A stretch of DNA of 64,000 nucleotides from contig JBIQJB010000006.1 of NCBI GenBank assembly GCA_044507735.1, forward strand, positions 1-64,000, in the 5' to 3' direction. Shown here one piece after another: positions 28,264-38,435 of this stretch. The notes beneath the pieces were generated by a model. The model worked only from the letters and a program-made list of their open reading frames with translations, had not been told where the DNA came from and made no database searches. Positions within the stretch are counted from its first letter, which is position 1. The number at the start of each line of letters is the position of its first letter. This DNA is from Nitrosopumilales archaeon. GTDB taxonomy: Archaea > Thermoproteota > Nitrososphaeria > Nitrososphaerales > Nitrososphaeraceae. Both the position numbers and the translations under genes were made by a program.

Positions 28264-29142
28264 CTAGTGCTTCTTGTAATGAGAGGGGATCTTTTTCCAG
28301 TTGGCGATTAGCACCTCGTCACGGATGTGGAGTGGTTCCTTCTCTATTCTTGATCTAGCTAGACTAACATAATCTTTTACAAGGTCTATGCCTATATACC
28401 TGCGGCCAAAGTGGTGTGCCACCTTTGTGGTCTGACCACTGCCATTGAATGGGTCTAGGACAATATCGTTCTCATACGAGTAAAGCTTCATCAGGCGATA
28501 GGGGATCTCTTCAGGGTATGGGCAGGGATGTTCGATGTATCCCGGAGGTACCGGAGCTATGTGCCAGACAGAATTTGCTATTTCCTTTGTCCACTCCTCG
28601 TGTGTCGCCGGCAGTGCGTTGTTCCTTCGTGTCCGACCGATGTTGACATCCCCCTTTCGTAGTATCAGGATGAATTCATGCATGATGTTTGCGCGGTAAT
28701 ATTTCGGGTACGGATTTATGACGAACGATCCATAGCGATTGGTACCGCCTGTCACTTTATGCCAGATTATCTCCTCATGCAGATTCCACTTCCCAAATGG
28801 CTGCACCAGCCTTGACAACAGCATGTGTGGCAGAGGGAGTATTGTGCCATTCACAACCTCATTAGCGATAACGATGCAACAATAACCACCTTCTTTTGTC
28901 ACCCTGTAGACCTTGTTGCCAAAAATATCGGCCATATCATTCAAGTACTCATTTGTATCGAGATTGAGCTTGCCTCTATAATATCCTCCGTTGCCTGATG
29001 CGTGCATGTCATAGTCGATGGCGTTTCGATAGGGTGGCGAAGTTATCGTCAACTGTACAGAATTTTCTGGAAGGCCACGTAGGACGTCCTTGCAATTTCC
29101 GTGAATTATTTGATTTACGATTTCTTCTTCCTGGGCAAGCAT
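28264..29142 (-). CDS. orphan site-specific DNA methyltransferase (N4-C/N6-A, beta class)
   Basis: TSPPY catalytic motif before HPCPYP and LDPFNGSGQT SAM-binding motif; no adjacent endonuclease. Confidence 0.92.
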   Translation of the reverse strand: MLAQEEEIVNQIIHGNCKDVLRGLPENSVQLTITSPPYRNAIDYDMHASGNGGYYRGKLNLDTNEYLNDMADIFGNKVYRVTKEGGYCCIVIANEVVNGTILPLPHMLLSRLVQPFGKWNLHEEIIWHKVTGGTNRYGSFVINPYPKYYRANIMHEFILILRKGDVNIGRTRRNNALPATHEEWTKEIANSVWHIAPVPPGYIEHPCPYPEEIPYRLMKLYSYENDIVLDPFNGSGQTTKVAHHFGRRYIGIDLVKDYVSLARSRIEKEPLHIRDEVLIANWKKIPSHYKKH

Positions 29143-29187
29143 GACTGGATATCGATGGAATGCTTTCCTAGTTCGTCCATATCCGGC

Positions 29188-29201
29188 TTACTTTAAAGTA
29201 A
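29188..29201. promoter_or_regulatory. perfect 14-bp palindrome TTACTTTAAAGTAA containing the likely MTase TATA box
   Basis: Self-complementary sequence with central TTTAAA, about 50 nt upstream of the MTase ATG. Confidence 0.45.
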
Positions 29202-29545
29202 TAAACAAGAGGCTAAAAAGACGCTACATCATCAGCTCGTTTTTCCGAGCTGAATTGAGGCATTGCATAGGGTTTGTTGTACAGGACACATACCGCAAAT
29301 AAATCGGCAGTTGGCGGATGCCATTTCTCTCTTCTGTCACCTCATGAACCAATAATCATATCCGGAGATGCTTCATACTTTAAGGATTAAAGGGGACTAC
29401 TATAGGTACGAAAAAAACTAGCAGGGGCCGGGATATCCACCCATGGCAGAAGTTTGAGTTTCCATGAGAAACTCAAGACCAATTCTCTTGGGACAATGTG
29501 ACGGAATATTCTGCCAACTGCTACCAGAAACGCGGCTGCGTAGGC

Positions 29546-30607
29546 CTATTTTTCGACTATGTATTCGTCCACTTCCATGCCAAAGTGCCGTCCAGACGCA
29601 GGTTTGGCATATCCCAGAACCTCGTCTCCGACCTTAACTTCAGTCACAGATATGAGCTTGCCATCTTTTGTCATCAACCTTATAGTCTCGGCATTCTGCA
29701 GGATCACTGTTCCAGTCTCACCATCAATTTCTGCTCTTAACATCCTCAGCGGCCGAGTCTCGATCTTAGACCGGCCTACAACAGCCTTCCTCGCAGAACC
29801 TTCTCTGTTCACCACCAAGACTTCGCTCCCTGACTCTATTTCTGACAGATAACGGGTCTTGCCGTCAGGCCCTATTGTATAACAATATACTGCACCGGCA
29901 TTCACGCGGAACGGACGGGGAGAAGTAAATGATGAACCGACAGATTCGTTGTGTACCAGAAGCATAAAGTTCGATCTGCTGCCTACCAGCATTCCCTCAC
30001 CCATTCCCATCATCGAGGCAGTGTCAACACAGACCCGCTCACCAGTGCCCACATCCTTCACTTCGGTAATCTTCGCAGGCCTGATAGGGAATCTTGTGCT
30101 GGAGAGTTGCTGTCTTGCCTTGTCCACTTCATCTTCGCTGTTTGTTGACAGTATTACGCCGTCTACGCCAAGCTCTAGCACAGCAAACATAGTTGCAACT
30201 TCCGTTGAGCTCTTTGCGGTCGTGTACACCCTCGTCTTGGACTTGTGGAGCTTTGCAATGATGTTCTCGAGTGGAATAATCTTCCAGTCCGACGCATCGA
30301 CGATGACGAATTCTGCTCCGGACTGTGACGCTTTTTCGATCTCATCGACATCTGCGTTGCTCAGCACCTTCTTGAAGTAGCCGACACTCTTGCCTGATGT
30401 CTTGTGAGTCGTTAGTTGTTCCAAGGTCTTGCAGATGACCATGTCAGCATCTTCTGACTCGTAGATCGTCCGAAAGCCTCTGATGGACTTAGGATCGGCG
30501 TTGATCGTAGTGATCCCCTTTTGCTTAAGTCTCTCCAGAAAGCCGCCGATGGATTTTGAACTCAGCGTCGGTCTGATAATTAGCTCTTTTGGTTTTGCAT
30601 CAGTCAA
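29546..30607 (-). CDS. aroB': 3-dehydroquinate synthase II
   Basis: DWKIIPLEN, LELGVDGV, GERVCVDT, RPFRVNAG, ILQNAETI, RHFG. Confidence 0.96.
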   Translation of the reverse strand: MTDAKPKELIIRPTLSSKSIGGFLERLKQKGITTINADPKSIRGFRTIYESEDADMVICKTLEQLTTHKTSGKSVGYFKKVLSNADVDEIEKASQSGAEFVIVDASDWKIIPLENIIAKLHKSKTRVYTTAKSSTEVATMFAVLELGVDGVILSTNSEDEVDKARQQLSSTRFPIRPAKITEVKDVGTGERVCVDTASMMGMGEGMLVGSRSNFMLLVHNESVGSSFTSPRPFRVNAGAVYCYTIGPDGKTRYLSEIESGSEVLVVNREGSARKAVVGRSKIETRPLRMLRAEIDGETGTVILQNAETIRLMTKDGKLISVTEVKVGDEVLGYAKPASGRHFGMEVDEYIVEK

Positions 30608-31382
30608 GTTCTTTCAGGGCCTCTTTAACTGGTTTGTTGTCAATTATAACCTTCCGCAGCGCACGAACCATCGCCGGCGGGTTCTTATGCTGGAAGATAT
30701 TGCGGCCAAAAGTCACACCTTTTGCTCCAGCCGCCATCGCGCCGGCACACATCTCCAATATTTCGCGGTCGGTGCTGGCCTTAGGTCCACCAGCGATCAC
30801 TATCGGAACAGGGCAACTCTTGACTACCTTTTTAAAAGAGTCGACATCTCCGGTGTACACTGCCTTGACGACATCGGCCCCTGCCTCTGCACCTACCCTA
30901 GCAGCATGAGCCACGACTTCGGGATCGTGTGGGTTCTTGATATTCTCTCCTCGCGGATACATCATTGCGACAAGCGGTACGCTCCATTCTGTGCACTTGT
31001 CTGCAATCATGCCTAGTTTCTGTAGCATTTCAGGTTCTTCTTTTGCGCCGATATTGATGTGCAAAGACACCGCGTCTGCGCCGAGCCTGATCGCTTCTTC
31101 GACGCTGCCCATCAACATCTTTCTGTTGGGTGCGGGTCCAAGCGAAGTGCTGCCGGAAAAGTGCGCAATGAGCCCAACATCTGGCGGCCTTGGCATCGTC
31201 TTGATTATTCCCTTGTTAACAAGAACGCAGGTCAGGCCTGCAGAGGCACACTGGTAAATCATTCCGTGGATGTCCTCTAGTCCTTTGATTGGACCGTTGC
31301 TTATGCCATGATCCATTGGAATGCATAGCATCTTGCCATCCTTCAATATCCTCGAGAGCCTGATGTCCCTGCCAAATACCAT
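30600..31382 (-). CDS. aroA': 2-amino-3,7-dideoxy-D-threo-hept-6-ulosonate synthase
   Basis: PMDHG, GADAVS.HIN.G, MMYPRG, GADVVK, IAGG, GRNIFQ; directly upstream of DHQS II. Confidence 0.93.
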   Translation of the reverse strand: MVFGRDIRLSRILKDGKMLCIPMDHGISNGPIKGLEDIHGMIYQCASAGLTCVLVNKGIIKTMPRPPDVGLIAHFSGSTSLGPAPNRKMLMGSVEEAIRLGADAVSLHINIGAKEEPEMLQKLGMIADKCTEWSVPLVAMMYPRGENIKNPHDPEVVAHAARVGAEAGADVVKAVYTGDVDSFKKVVKSCPVPIVIAGGPKASTDREILEMCAGAMAAGAKGVTFGRNIFQHKNPPAMVRALRKVIIDNKPVKEALKELD

Positions 31383-31740
31383 ATATGTATCAAAAGATTC
31401 TTGCCACCCTACTTATAACTTGTTTTGAACAGTCCGTCTCTAGCACAGGCAGATTTCGTCATCGTGCTCAAGCCTAGCAAGCTGTTTCTATCCCTTTGGC
31501 TGAATGTCTGCGGGACAAAAACCAGTTTGAGTCTCTCGCCCCCTCAATGCTATCGCTGAGTTGCAATATTTATTCTCGCCTCTAGCACCAGATTCACATC
31601 AGAGTCCCATCTTCCACAAGGGCAAGCAGACGACCGCCATCCGACATTAGTCGTATTTCAGGAATGAGACATCATCGGATGCCCAACCACGAATCTATCG
31701 ATATTCTTATATTTACAGTCTTGTAACTAGGTAAGCTGTC

Positions 31741-31947
31741 TTGCTGACAGATCACGAACGTAACCCTTTCTGTTACATCTGTAACCTATTCTTCTCCCCG
31801 GACTATATGCCGATCCATCTCAAGACAGACCACACAAAGGAGGAGCTAGCTTCTCATCTCTTGTTGGCATATTTTGACGAGTGGCTCGACCAGGAAGAAG
31901 CGATTGAGAAGGCAGTCGAATCTACCAGGCGGCACAATAGGCCATAA
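31741..31947 (+). CDS. small C2H2-like zinc-finger protein
   Basis: CYIC-x11-HLKTDH; TTATATTT box about 30 nt upstream. Confidence 0.6.
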   Translation: MLTDHERNPFCYICNLFFSPDYMPIHLKTDHTKEELASHLLLAYFDEWLDQEEAIEKAVESTRRHNRP

Positions 31948-32022
31948 TCTCAAGGTTTTTTACAAGTGCCTTTCATGTATATTATCGTGGGTTATGCTCC
32001 CGACTCGTCAGAATTTGAGAGG

Positions 32023-32301
32023 ATGTCGACCAAAAAGCTGGCGATCCTCTTTGGCCTTGCCTTTTTTGGTGCATTCATGGCAATACAGATGATACAAGGC
32101 TTTCCACTGTTCCAGCTCTTCACAAGACAAACTACCACGTCAGAGGTGCCAGTCAAGTTCAAGCAGGGCGACGTATGCGTTATTGAGCCACCAGACGAGC
32201 AACCCAAAGAGATCCGAGGTTGTACCTATAATGAAGGCGACATCCTGATTGTATCGTATTATGAGGGCTCGACATACGTCGAGTCTCACAGGCTGAAATA
32301 G
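32023..32301 (+). CDS. small membrane-anchored hypothetical protein
   Basis: MSTKK + hydrophobic helix, two Cys in a beta-rich ectodomain. Confidence 0.65.
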   Translation: MSTKKLAILFGLAFFGAFMAIQMIQGFPLFQLFTRQTTTSEVPVKFKQGDVCVIEPPDEQPKEIRGCTYNEGDILIVSYYEGSTYVESHRLK

Positions 32302-33183
32302 TTACTTTACCATTTCAAGAACGGTTTTCAAGTTCTGCTCGTCCCCCCTCCTCTCGTCAATCGGAGTCTCCATGATTACGGGCAATTCTCGAATGGCAGG
32401 ATGATTGAGAAATGCGGACAGCCCTTCTCCCCCTATCATTCCGAGGCCAATATGCTCATGCCTGTCGAGGTTGGAGCCAAGGGGGCCCTTTGAATCATTC
32501 AAGTGGATAAATTTTAGATTCTTGAGCCCAACGATAGCATCGAATCTTTCTAGCGTCCTATCCACCTCTGATTTTTTCCGGAGGTCATATCCTGATGCAA
32601 ACAGATGGCAAGTATCGATGCAGATTCCAAATCGCTTTGGATCGTCTAGACGGTCAAGGATTGTGCGTAGTTCTTCAAATTTGGCGCCGACACTGTTCTT
32701 TTGACCAGCATTGTTCTCTAGTAAGACCATAGGTCCGTCTTCTCCTGCCTTAGCCCGGGCGCTTTCAATTGCCTTTACCAGCTGCTCTATGCCGCTTGCC
32801 TGGCCCTTTCCCAAATGGCTCCCAAGGTGTATAACAAGATAGGGGATGTCGAGCGCGCTGCATCTCTGTAATTCCCCTACCAAGGTATCGACAGACTTCT
32901 TGTAAAACTCGCCATCCGGTCCTGATAGGTTCGGCAGGTACGGCATGTGCACAATAACATTCCGCCTGTCAATACCGCTGGACGCCAGTTTGCTCTTGAA
33001 TAATTGCACGTCACCCGGCGTGAGGGGTTTGGCTACCCAGCCACGAGGGTTTCTGCTAAATATCTGAAAAGCAGTACATCCTATCTTTCTTGCATTATCA
33101 ACAGAATTTGCTATGCCGCCGGCGATCGATACATGGAATCCTATCTTGATACCCATCGTTTGAATAGACAAGACAGATGTCAT
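32302..33183 (-). CDS. nfo: endonuclease IV
   Basis: GFHVS, HMPY, HLGS, ENNAG, DTCH, HLNDSK, DRHEHIG, METP. Confidence 0.96.
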   Translation of the reverse strand: MTSVLSIQTMGIKIGFHVSIAGGIANSVDNARKIGCTAFQIFSRNPRGWVAKPLTPGDVQLFKSKLASSGIDRRNVIVHMPYLPNLSGPDGEFYKKSVDTLVGELQRCSALDIPYLVIHLGSHLGKGQASGIEQLVKAIESARAKAGEDGPMVLLENNAGQKNSVGAKFEELRTILDRLDDPKRFGICIDTCHLFASGYDLRKKSEVDRTLERFDAIVGLKNLKFIHLNDSKGPLGSNLDRHEHIGLGMIGGEGLSAFLNHPAIRELPVIMETPIDERRGDEQNLKTVLEMVK

Positions 33184-33199
33184 TGCATACTTTAAGTTA

Positions 33200-34267
33200 T
33201 TGGGAATGGCGTTTTTATTGCAGTTCCGCTATCATAGCTTGCTTGAAAAATTGTCATCCATAAAGTTGGGCACGGGAGACCTTGCCAAGTATCCATTCTT
33301 GAATGAAGCTGGAGAGTACTTGCGCGAGTCCGGCTTTGGGTGGGACGAGCTTGAACGGCCTGATATGAAGGACATTATTGACAGGGCCGGCGAGCGCGTT
33401 GAGATCGAAGTGAGCGGTAGTGTATATGAAAAGCTTGACAGGTATGAAGTAGAGATCCTAACTTTTCTTGTTTCGCTCATAATGGTCAAGTCAATAAGCC
33501 TAGAACCTGTGCTCAGGAAATTTGCGCTAGCAGAGGCTCGGCGCGCGGAAAAGTTCTTGACAGAGGATTTGAAACGCCAGAACGAAATGCAGAGACAATC
33601 ACTTTTTGCGAAGATCTTTGACGATCTTTTCAAGCTGAAAATCAGTGTTGCTGACGACAGACGGCTCTTTAAGGTTAGAGTGGCAGACTACCTCGCCAGA
33701 TCTTCGCACTTCCACGAACAGGAATGGAAGCTCATAAACAGGTTGGTCGATAGCGGCCATGTTTATCTGGACGCTGATGAGACCGTCAGGCTAGTGAGAA
33801 ACGAACTGTCCGTCCTCATCTACGAAAAAATAAGCGCAATGACGCTTCCAACATTGCCGCAGCCAATCAAGTCAAAAGCTGACGAGCTTCGCGCAAAATT
33901 TGCTCCACGCTACCAATACCGATCCACGACAGTTACCGAATACCCACCATGCGTAAAACATGCGATCGAGGTCATGGCAAGGGGCGAGAACCTCCCGCAT
34001 TCTGCAAGAGTCATGCTTGCGACATACATGCTAGCGATAGGGAAGCCGGTCGATGAAATCGTAATGATGTACGAGAATGCACCTGATTTTAATGAAAAGA
34101 TAACCCGCTACCAAGTTGAACACCTTGCAGGCATGAAGGGCAGTCACACGAAATATTCTGTCCCCTCGTGCGACAAGCTTCGCAATGAAAATCTGTGTTA
34201 CGCGACGGCTGAATGCAATTCAATAACCAATCCAGTTCAGTTCGGAAGGAAGAAGAGGCAACAATGA
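33200..34267 (+). CDS. priL: DNA primase large subunit
   Basis: AKYPF, YPPC, NLPHSAR, PDFNEKITRYQVEH, YSVPSC...C...C Fe-S motif; start may be about 40 nt downstream. Confidence 0.94.
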   Translation: MGMAFLLQFRYHSLLEKLSSIKLGTGDLAKYPFLNEAGEYLRESGFGWDELERPDMKDIIDRAGERVEIEVSGSVYEKLDRYEVEILTFLVSLIMVKSISLEPVLRKFALAEARRAEKFLTEDLKRQNEMQRQSLFAKIFDDLFKLKISVADDRRLFKVRVADYLARSSHFHEQEWKLINRLVDSGHVYLDADETVRLVRNELSVLIYEKISAMTLPTLPQPIKSKADELRAKFAPRYQYRSTTVTEYPPCVKHAIEVMARGENLPHSARVMLATYMLAIGKPVDEIVMMYENAPDFNEKITRYQVEHLAGMKGSHTKYSVPSCDKLRNENLCYATAECNSITNPVQFGRKKRQQ

Positions 34268-35427
34268 CGGAGAACGCCACCATAAAGACGGCCAGTATAA
34301 TCAAGAGCGCGTTTCGAGGATACTACTTTAAGCCAGGCATAGTAGAAGAGCCTGACAAGATGGAGCAAAGGGAGTTTGGCTATATGCAGTTTGGGCAACC
34401 TGGCATGGTCCGGCACCTTTCTTTCAAAAATATGAAAGAGTTGATCGCCACGATAATGAAAGAAGTTCCATCGGACATTTACTGTTCCAATGCCTACTAT
34501 CGCTTTCCATCGTATCCTATGCAGGAAAAACAGTGGCTCGGTGCTGACCTGATATTTGACATTGATGGCAAAGATTTGCATCTGCCCTGTGTTCCTTCTC
34601 ACACTTATCTTTTGTGCGCAACTTGCGGGCGAGCATCTTCGTTTGCGGAGGAAACAAAAGAGCATTATTCTTGCCAGGGGTGTGGCGGCAAGAAAGGAGA
34701 GAGTATATCAATACCATGCAGCAAGTGCGTCGACGGCTCTAAGAAGGAAGTAAAACGCCTGGAAGAATTCCTTACTAGCGATTTTGGCATCCAGCAGAGC
34801 GACATCGATATCTACTTCTCAGGAAATAATGGCTTTCATGTCCATGTGAGCGACAATGCATACGTATCTCTAGATCCTCAAGCGCGCTCTGACCTTGTCG
34901 GATATATAACCGGCTCAGGATTGATGACTGAAAGCATCGGAGTAAGGAAAGGTAACGCTGAGAACCCATTTTTCATAAGATTCCCAAGAGGCGGTCTTGA
35001 CTATGGCTGGAGGAGAAGAATTGCAGACAGGCTAAAGATCAATGGCACATCTGTCACAAGATTGAAGCACTTGGTTGAGCAGAAGGGCGGATACATCGCT
35101 TTCAAAGCCGACCTTGACAATATAGCTCGTGAATTGGGCGTAAGAATTGATCCTCAGGTGACCACAGACGTACATCGCGTATTCAGGATGCCCGGTACTC
35201 TAAATGGTAAGAGTGGGCTTGCAAAGATGAAATGCGCAGACCTTGAATCGTTTGACCCCTTTGTGGATGCGTGCATGATCGGGGATTCGAAGGTAGTGGT
35301 CAAGGTTAAGACTCCTGTCAAACTGAGGTTAAGGGGCAAGTCATTTAGCATTTCAAAGGAATCTGCAGAACTTCCTGCGTATGCGGCCGTTTACCTGATT
35401 TGCAAAGGACTTGCAGAGGCAGCCTAG
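34264..35427 (+). CDS. priS: DNA primase small (catalytic) subunit
   Basis: REFG, LIFDID, FSGNNGFH, IDPQVTTD..R..RMPG..NGK; Cys-rich insert; ATGA overlap with priL. Confidence 0.95.
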   Translation: MTENATIKTASIIKSAFRGYYFKPGIVEEPDKMEQREFGYMQFGQPGMVRHLSFKNMKELIATIMKEVPSDIYCSNAYYRFPSYPMQEKQWLGADLIFDIDGKDLHLPCVPSHTYLLCATCGRASSFAEETKEHYSCQGCGGKKGESISIPCSKCVDGSKKEVKRLEEFLTSDFGIQQSDIDIYFSGNNGFHVHVSDNAYVSLDPQARSDLVGYITGSGLMTESIGVRKGNAENPFFIRFPRGGLDYGWRRRIADRLKINGTSVTRLKHLVEQKGGYIAFKADLDNIARELGVRIDPQVTTDVHRVFRMPGTLNGKSGLAKMKCADLESFDPFVDACMIGDSKVVVKVKTPVKLRLRGKSFSISKESAELPAYAAVYLICKGLAEAA

Positions 35428-35504
35428 TAGCACATTTATCCATCGTGTATACCCAAGGCAAAAGTTCGTACGACCAATATCGCTAATAAACACATTAAAG
35501 GGTC

Positions 35505-38429
35505 TTGGACGTTAGGCATCCTCGCTTGTGGGACAAGTACAGTGAGGATAGGGCACCCCGAACTGACATCGGCAGGATAGTGCGAATAGCGGTATTTGTG
35601 GCAATTGGTGTTATCATATTTGGCGTTGTAGCCAACCAGTCGGTTAACTTCCTCATGAATGTGGAAGAGTTTGGAGAGGTCTTTACAAAGCCACTCTATT
35701 ACTCCATCTTTTCAGGAGTCATTCTATCCTCCATTGCGCTTGTGCGAATTAATTTCAAGGCGCGCCACTCGGTAGTCTGGTACGGAATAAAGAATCTGAT
35801 AAACGTGCTCAGGCGTAGTGACTATGAGTCCCAGAGCGTGGCTACTCGCTACTCCGAATTCCAGATGAGCAATACCAGCTTTGCACTTTGGCAGCTCATG
35901 AAGGTCTTGCTATTTGCTCCGCTCTTTAGCAACATCATGTTCGGCATGGCGGCCGACTACGTGATGCAAGGAAAGGATCTTGGGATTGGATCGCTTGGAA
36001 ACATATTCACCATCCCCTTTGCAGATATCCCAGATGACAGCAGTTATGCGCAGCAGAGTGTGATTCCAATGATCCCGGCGCTCACACTCCTCATCCCGCC
36101 GTTGCTGACTGCGATTGGGGTGCGACTTCTCGTATATGTCGGTATTTCTGGTACTATTGGCATAGTATCCCAGTACGTGCTCGATTCAAAGGAGAGCAAA
36201 CCCCGGTTCCTTTCATACATCTCCGCAATGGAGATCATTGTAGGAGTCTCTATATTTTGGATCGGATTCAACATGTTTTTTTCGGGTGGCATTGACTATA
36301 ATACGAGGTACGCAATCGCAGGCGCTCTCACGCTTGGGGCTGCGCTCATTGTTTTTGGGCTAGTCGACAGGACCCACGCAAAGGTGATAATATATCCCGA
36401 TAAGAAGCGTATGTATGCCCGACTCTTTACAGTTGCCGCAGTAGTAGGGCTGTCAGGCTCGATAATGCTGGTGAACAACAGCATATCGAGTACTACAGGA
36501 ATGAACATCCCTTATGTCGCGCAGCAAATAGAGCTCAACCGTTACATGCACGGCCTAGATCAAATCCAGATTGTTAACCATACTGCTGCTCGACCTTCCA
36601 TTTCGTCCTCAAGCATACAAAACGTAGTTGAGCAAAATAGGGATTTGCTGGGCAACATCCGGCTCTGGGACGAAAAGAATGCAAGAGATAGGCTCGTCCA
36701 AATCCTGGACGAGACGAGCGACTTGAAATACTTTGATTTTGACATTCTGAGATTTGACGGCTCTATGTATTGGATAGGCACAACTTTTCCGTCCATTCCA
36801 GAAGATGTAGGACAGAATGACGCTTGGTTCTACCAACACATGGTATACACACATTCTGAAACTGGGATGAAGATGCTAGCAGCCAACAGTGGTAGCATAG
36901 TTGACGAAAGCGAGTTCTTTCAGCAAAGGAGGATATACTATGGTGAAAGCGGCGATGGTCTTTTTAGCACATACTGGTCAGCATATCCGACGGACAGAAC
37001 GGAGAGCGAAGAGATTGGAGGACACACCTACAACGGCTCCGGAGGTGTGGACATCTCACCACCGTTGAGCTGGATGTTTGAGCCAAACTTCATGGTCTCC
37101 GATCCAAGTACAACTATGCATATCATGAGGTACAAAGAAATACACGATAGGATGGAGCTCCTCTATCCGTATTTCGTCTATGAGTTTGGATTTAGCAGCG
37201 GAGCTACTAATCCGCTTTTGAGAGAAGTAGAGACGTTTGTGGTAACTGACGGAACCAACACCTATTGGCTAATGCCACTCATTGTTGCAATAAACACATC
37301 AAATGTCCCACTTGGTGCTTCCAGTTTCATGCTACAACATGTAGGCTACTCGCTCATTGATGTCTACAGCGGCACAGTTCAGACAATCGTTACGGGAGAT
37401 GACTTTTTTTCAAAAATGTTCCTTGAGCAGTATAGGGATATTGGAGCCACGAACGAGGTTCCTGCATGGCTGACAGACCAGATCCGATATCCTGAAGAAA
37501 TGTTCATGTGGCAGGTGTCAAAATTCAATACATACCATGTGACCGACCCGAGAACTTTTATCGATGGAAACGATGTTTATGAAGTCGGAGCAGGTCAGGG
37601 AAATGAAATGTCCGCTCCCACATATGCTTATTTGAAACCGCCGGGGTTTGAGCGACCAGAATTCGTCGGGATGCAGTTGCTCCAGCTTGAGAACTCAGAA
37701 TCCAACAACATTGCTGGCTACATCATTGTCCAAAACGATTTTGGAAATCTGGGTAAGATGACATTTTACTCAATACCGCCCGATTCGCAAATGAAGCTAC
37801 TGAACAAGATCGGTGCCCAAGACGAGCTGAAAAAGAACCCATCATACAGCGAAGTAAGAGAAGCAAAATTTGCAAATTCTAACCCGACACTTGGTGAAAG
37901 CAACTTCCAGATCATTGGCGATTACGAAGTCTACTTCATACCAATATTTACAGGAACGGGCGGCAAGCAAGTTGGAACAGTAGGCGTGGTAGGAGCGGCT
38001 TCAGACACAGGTACTTACATTGTGGGCTTCGGCGACACTCCTGCACTTGCATTTGAAAACTATTTGCAGAAATTGTCAGGCGTGGTTCCTGCACCAGGTC
38101 AGCAGCCGTCTCCAAGCAACCAAACAACATCGGTTGACACGCAGCTCAGGATACAGAACCTAGAGAAGGTGTTCACAGACGCAGGATTGGAACTTGTCAA
38201 ACCCACATTCGTTGCTGCTCCAGTAGGATTTGAAGAGGCAGAAGCAAAGTACAGAACAGATTCTGAAAGGGCAGTCGCAGAGGATGTGATACGCGACTTC
38301 ATTGCGAATTCGGTGAACCAAGGCGAACGAATATTTGAGTGGCGGGATGGAGCGACAGTCAATTTTGGCGTGCTTCGCACGGTTGATGGAATTGTAGAGA
38401 GCCACTACATTTCAATCGAGGTAGGCTAG
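35505..38429 (+). CDS. UPF0182 family membrane protein
   Basis: Multi-TM N-terminal half; NIRLWD, HMVYTH, RIYYGE, IDVYSG, RYPEEMF, YHVTDP motifs. Confidence 0.88.
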   Translation: MDVRHPRLWDKYSEDRAPRTDIGRIVRIAVFVAIGVIIFGVVANQSVNFLMNVEEFGEVFTKPLYYSIFSGVILSSIALVRINFKARHSVVWYGIKNLINVLRRSDYESQSVATRYSEFQMSNTSFALWQLMKVLLFAPLFSNIMFGMAADYVMQGKDLGIGSLGNIFTIPFADIPDDSSYAQQSVIPMIPALTLLIPPLLTAIGVRLLVYVGISGTIGIVSQYVLDSKESKPRFLSYISAMEIIVGVSIFWIGFNMFFSGGIDYNTRYAIAGALTLGAALIVFGLVDRTHAKVIIYPDKKRMYARLFTVAAVVGLSGSIMLVNNSISSTTGMNIPYVAQQIELNRYMHGLDQIQIVNHTAARPSISSSSIQNVVEQNRDLLGNIRLWDEKNARDRLVQILDETSDLKYFDFDILRFDGSMYWIGTTFPSIPEDVGQNDAWFYQHMVYTHSETGMKMLAANSGSIVDESEFFQQRRIYYGESGDGLFSTYWSAYPTDRTESEEIGGHTYNGSGGVDISPPLSWMFEPNFMVSDPSTTMHIMRYKEIHDRMELLYPYFVYEFGFSSGATNPLLREVETFVVTDGTNTYWLMPLIVAINTSNVPLGASSFMLQHVGYSLIDVYSGTVQTIVTGDDFFSKMFLEQYRDIGATNEVPAWLTDQIRYPEEMFMWQVSKFNTYHVTDPRTFIDGNDVYEVGAGQGNEMSAPTYAYLKPPGFERPEFVGMQLLQLENSESNNIAGYIIVQNDFGNLGKMTFYSIPPDSQMKLLNKIGAQDELKKNPSYSEVREAKFANSNPTLGESNFQIIGDYEVYFIPIFTGTGGKQVGTVGVVGAASDTGTYIVGFGDTPALAFENYLQKLSGVVPAPGQQPSPSNQTTSVDTQLRIQNLEKVFTDAGLELVKPTFVAAPVGFEEAEAKYRTDSERAVAEDVIRDFIANSVNQGERIFEWRDGATVNFGVLRTVDGIVESHYISIEVG

Positions 38430-38435
38430 TAGTAA

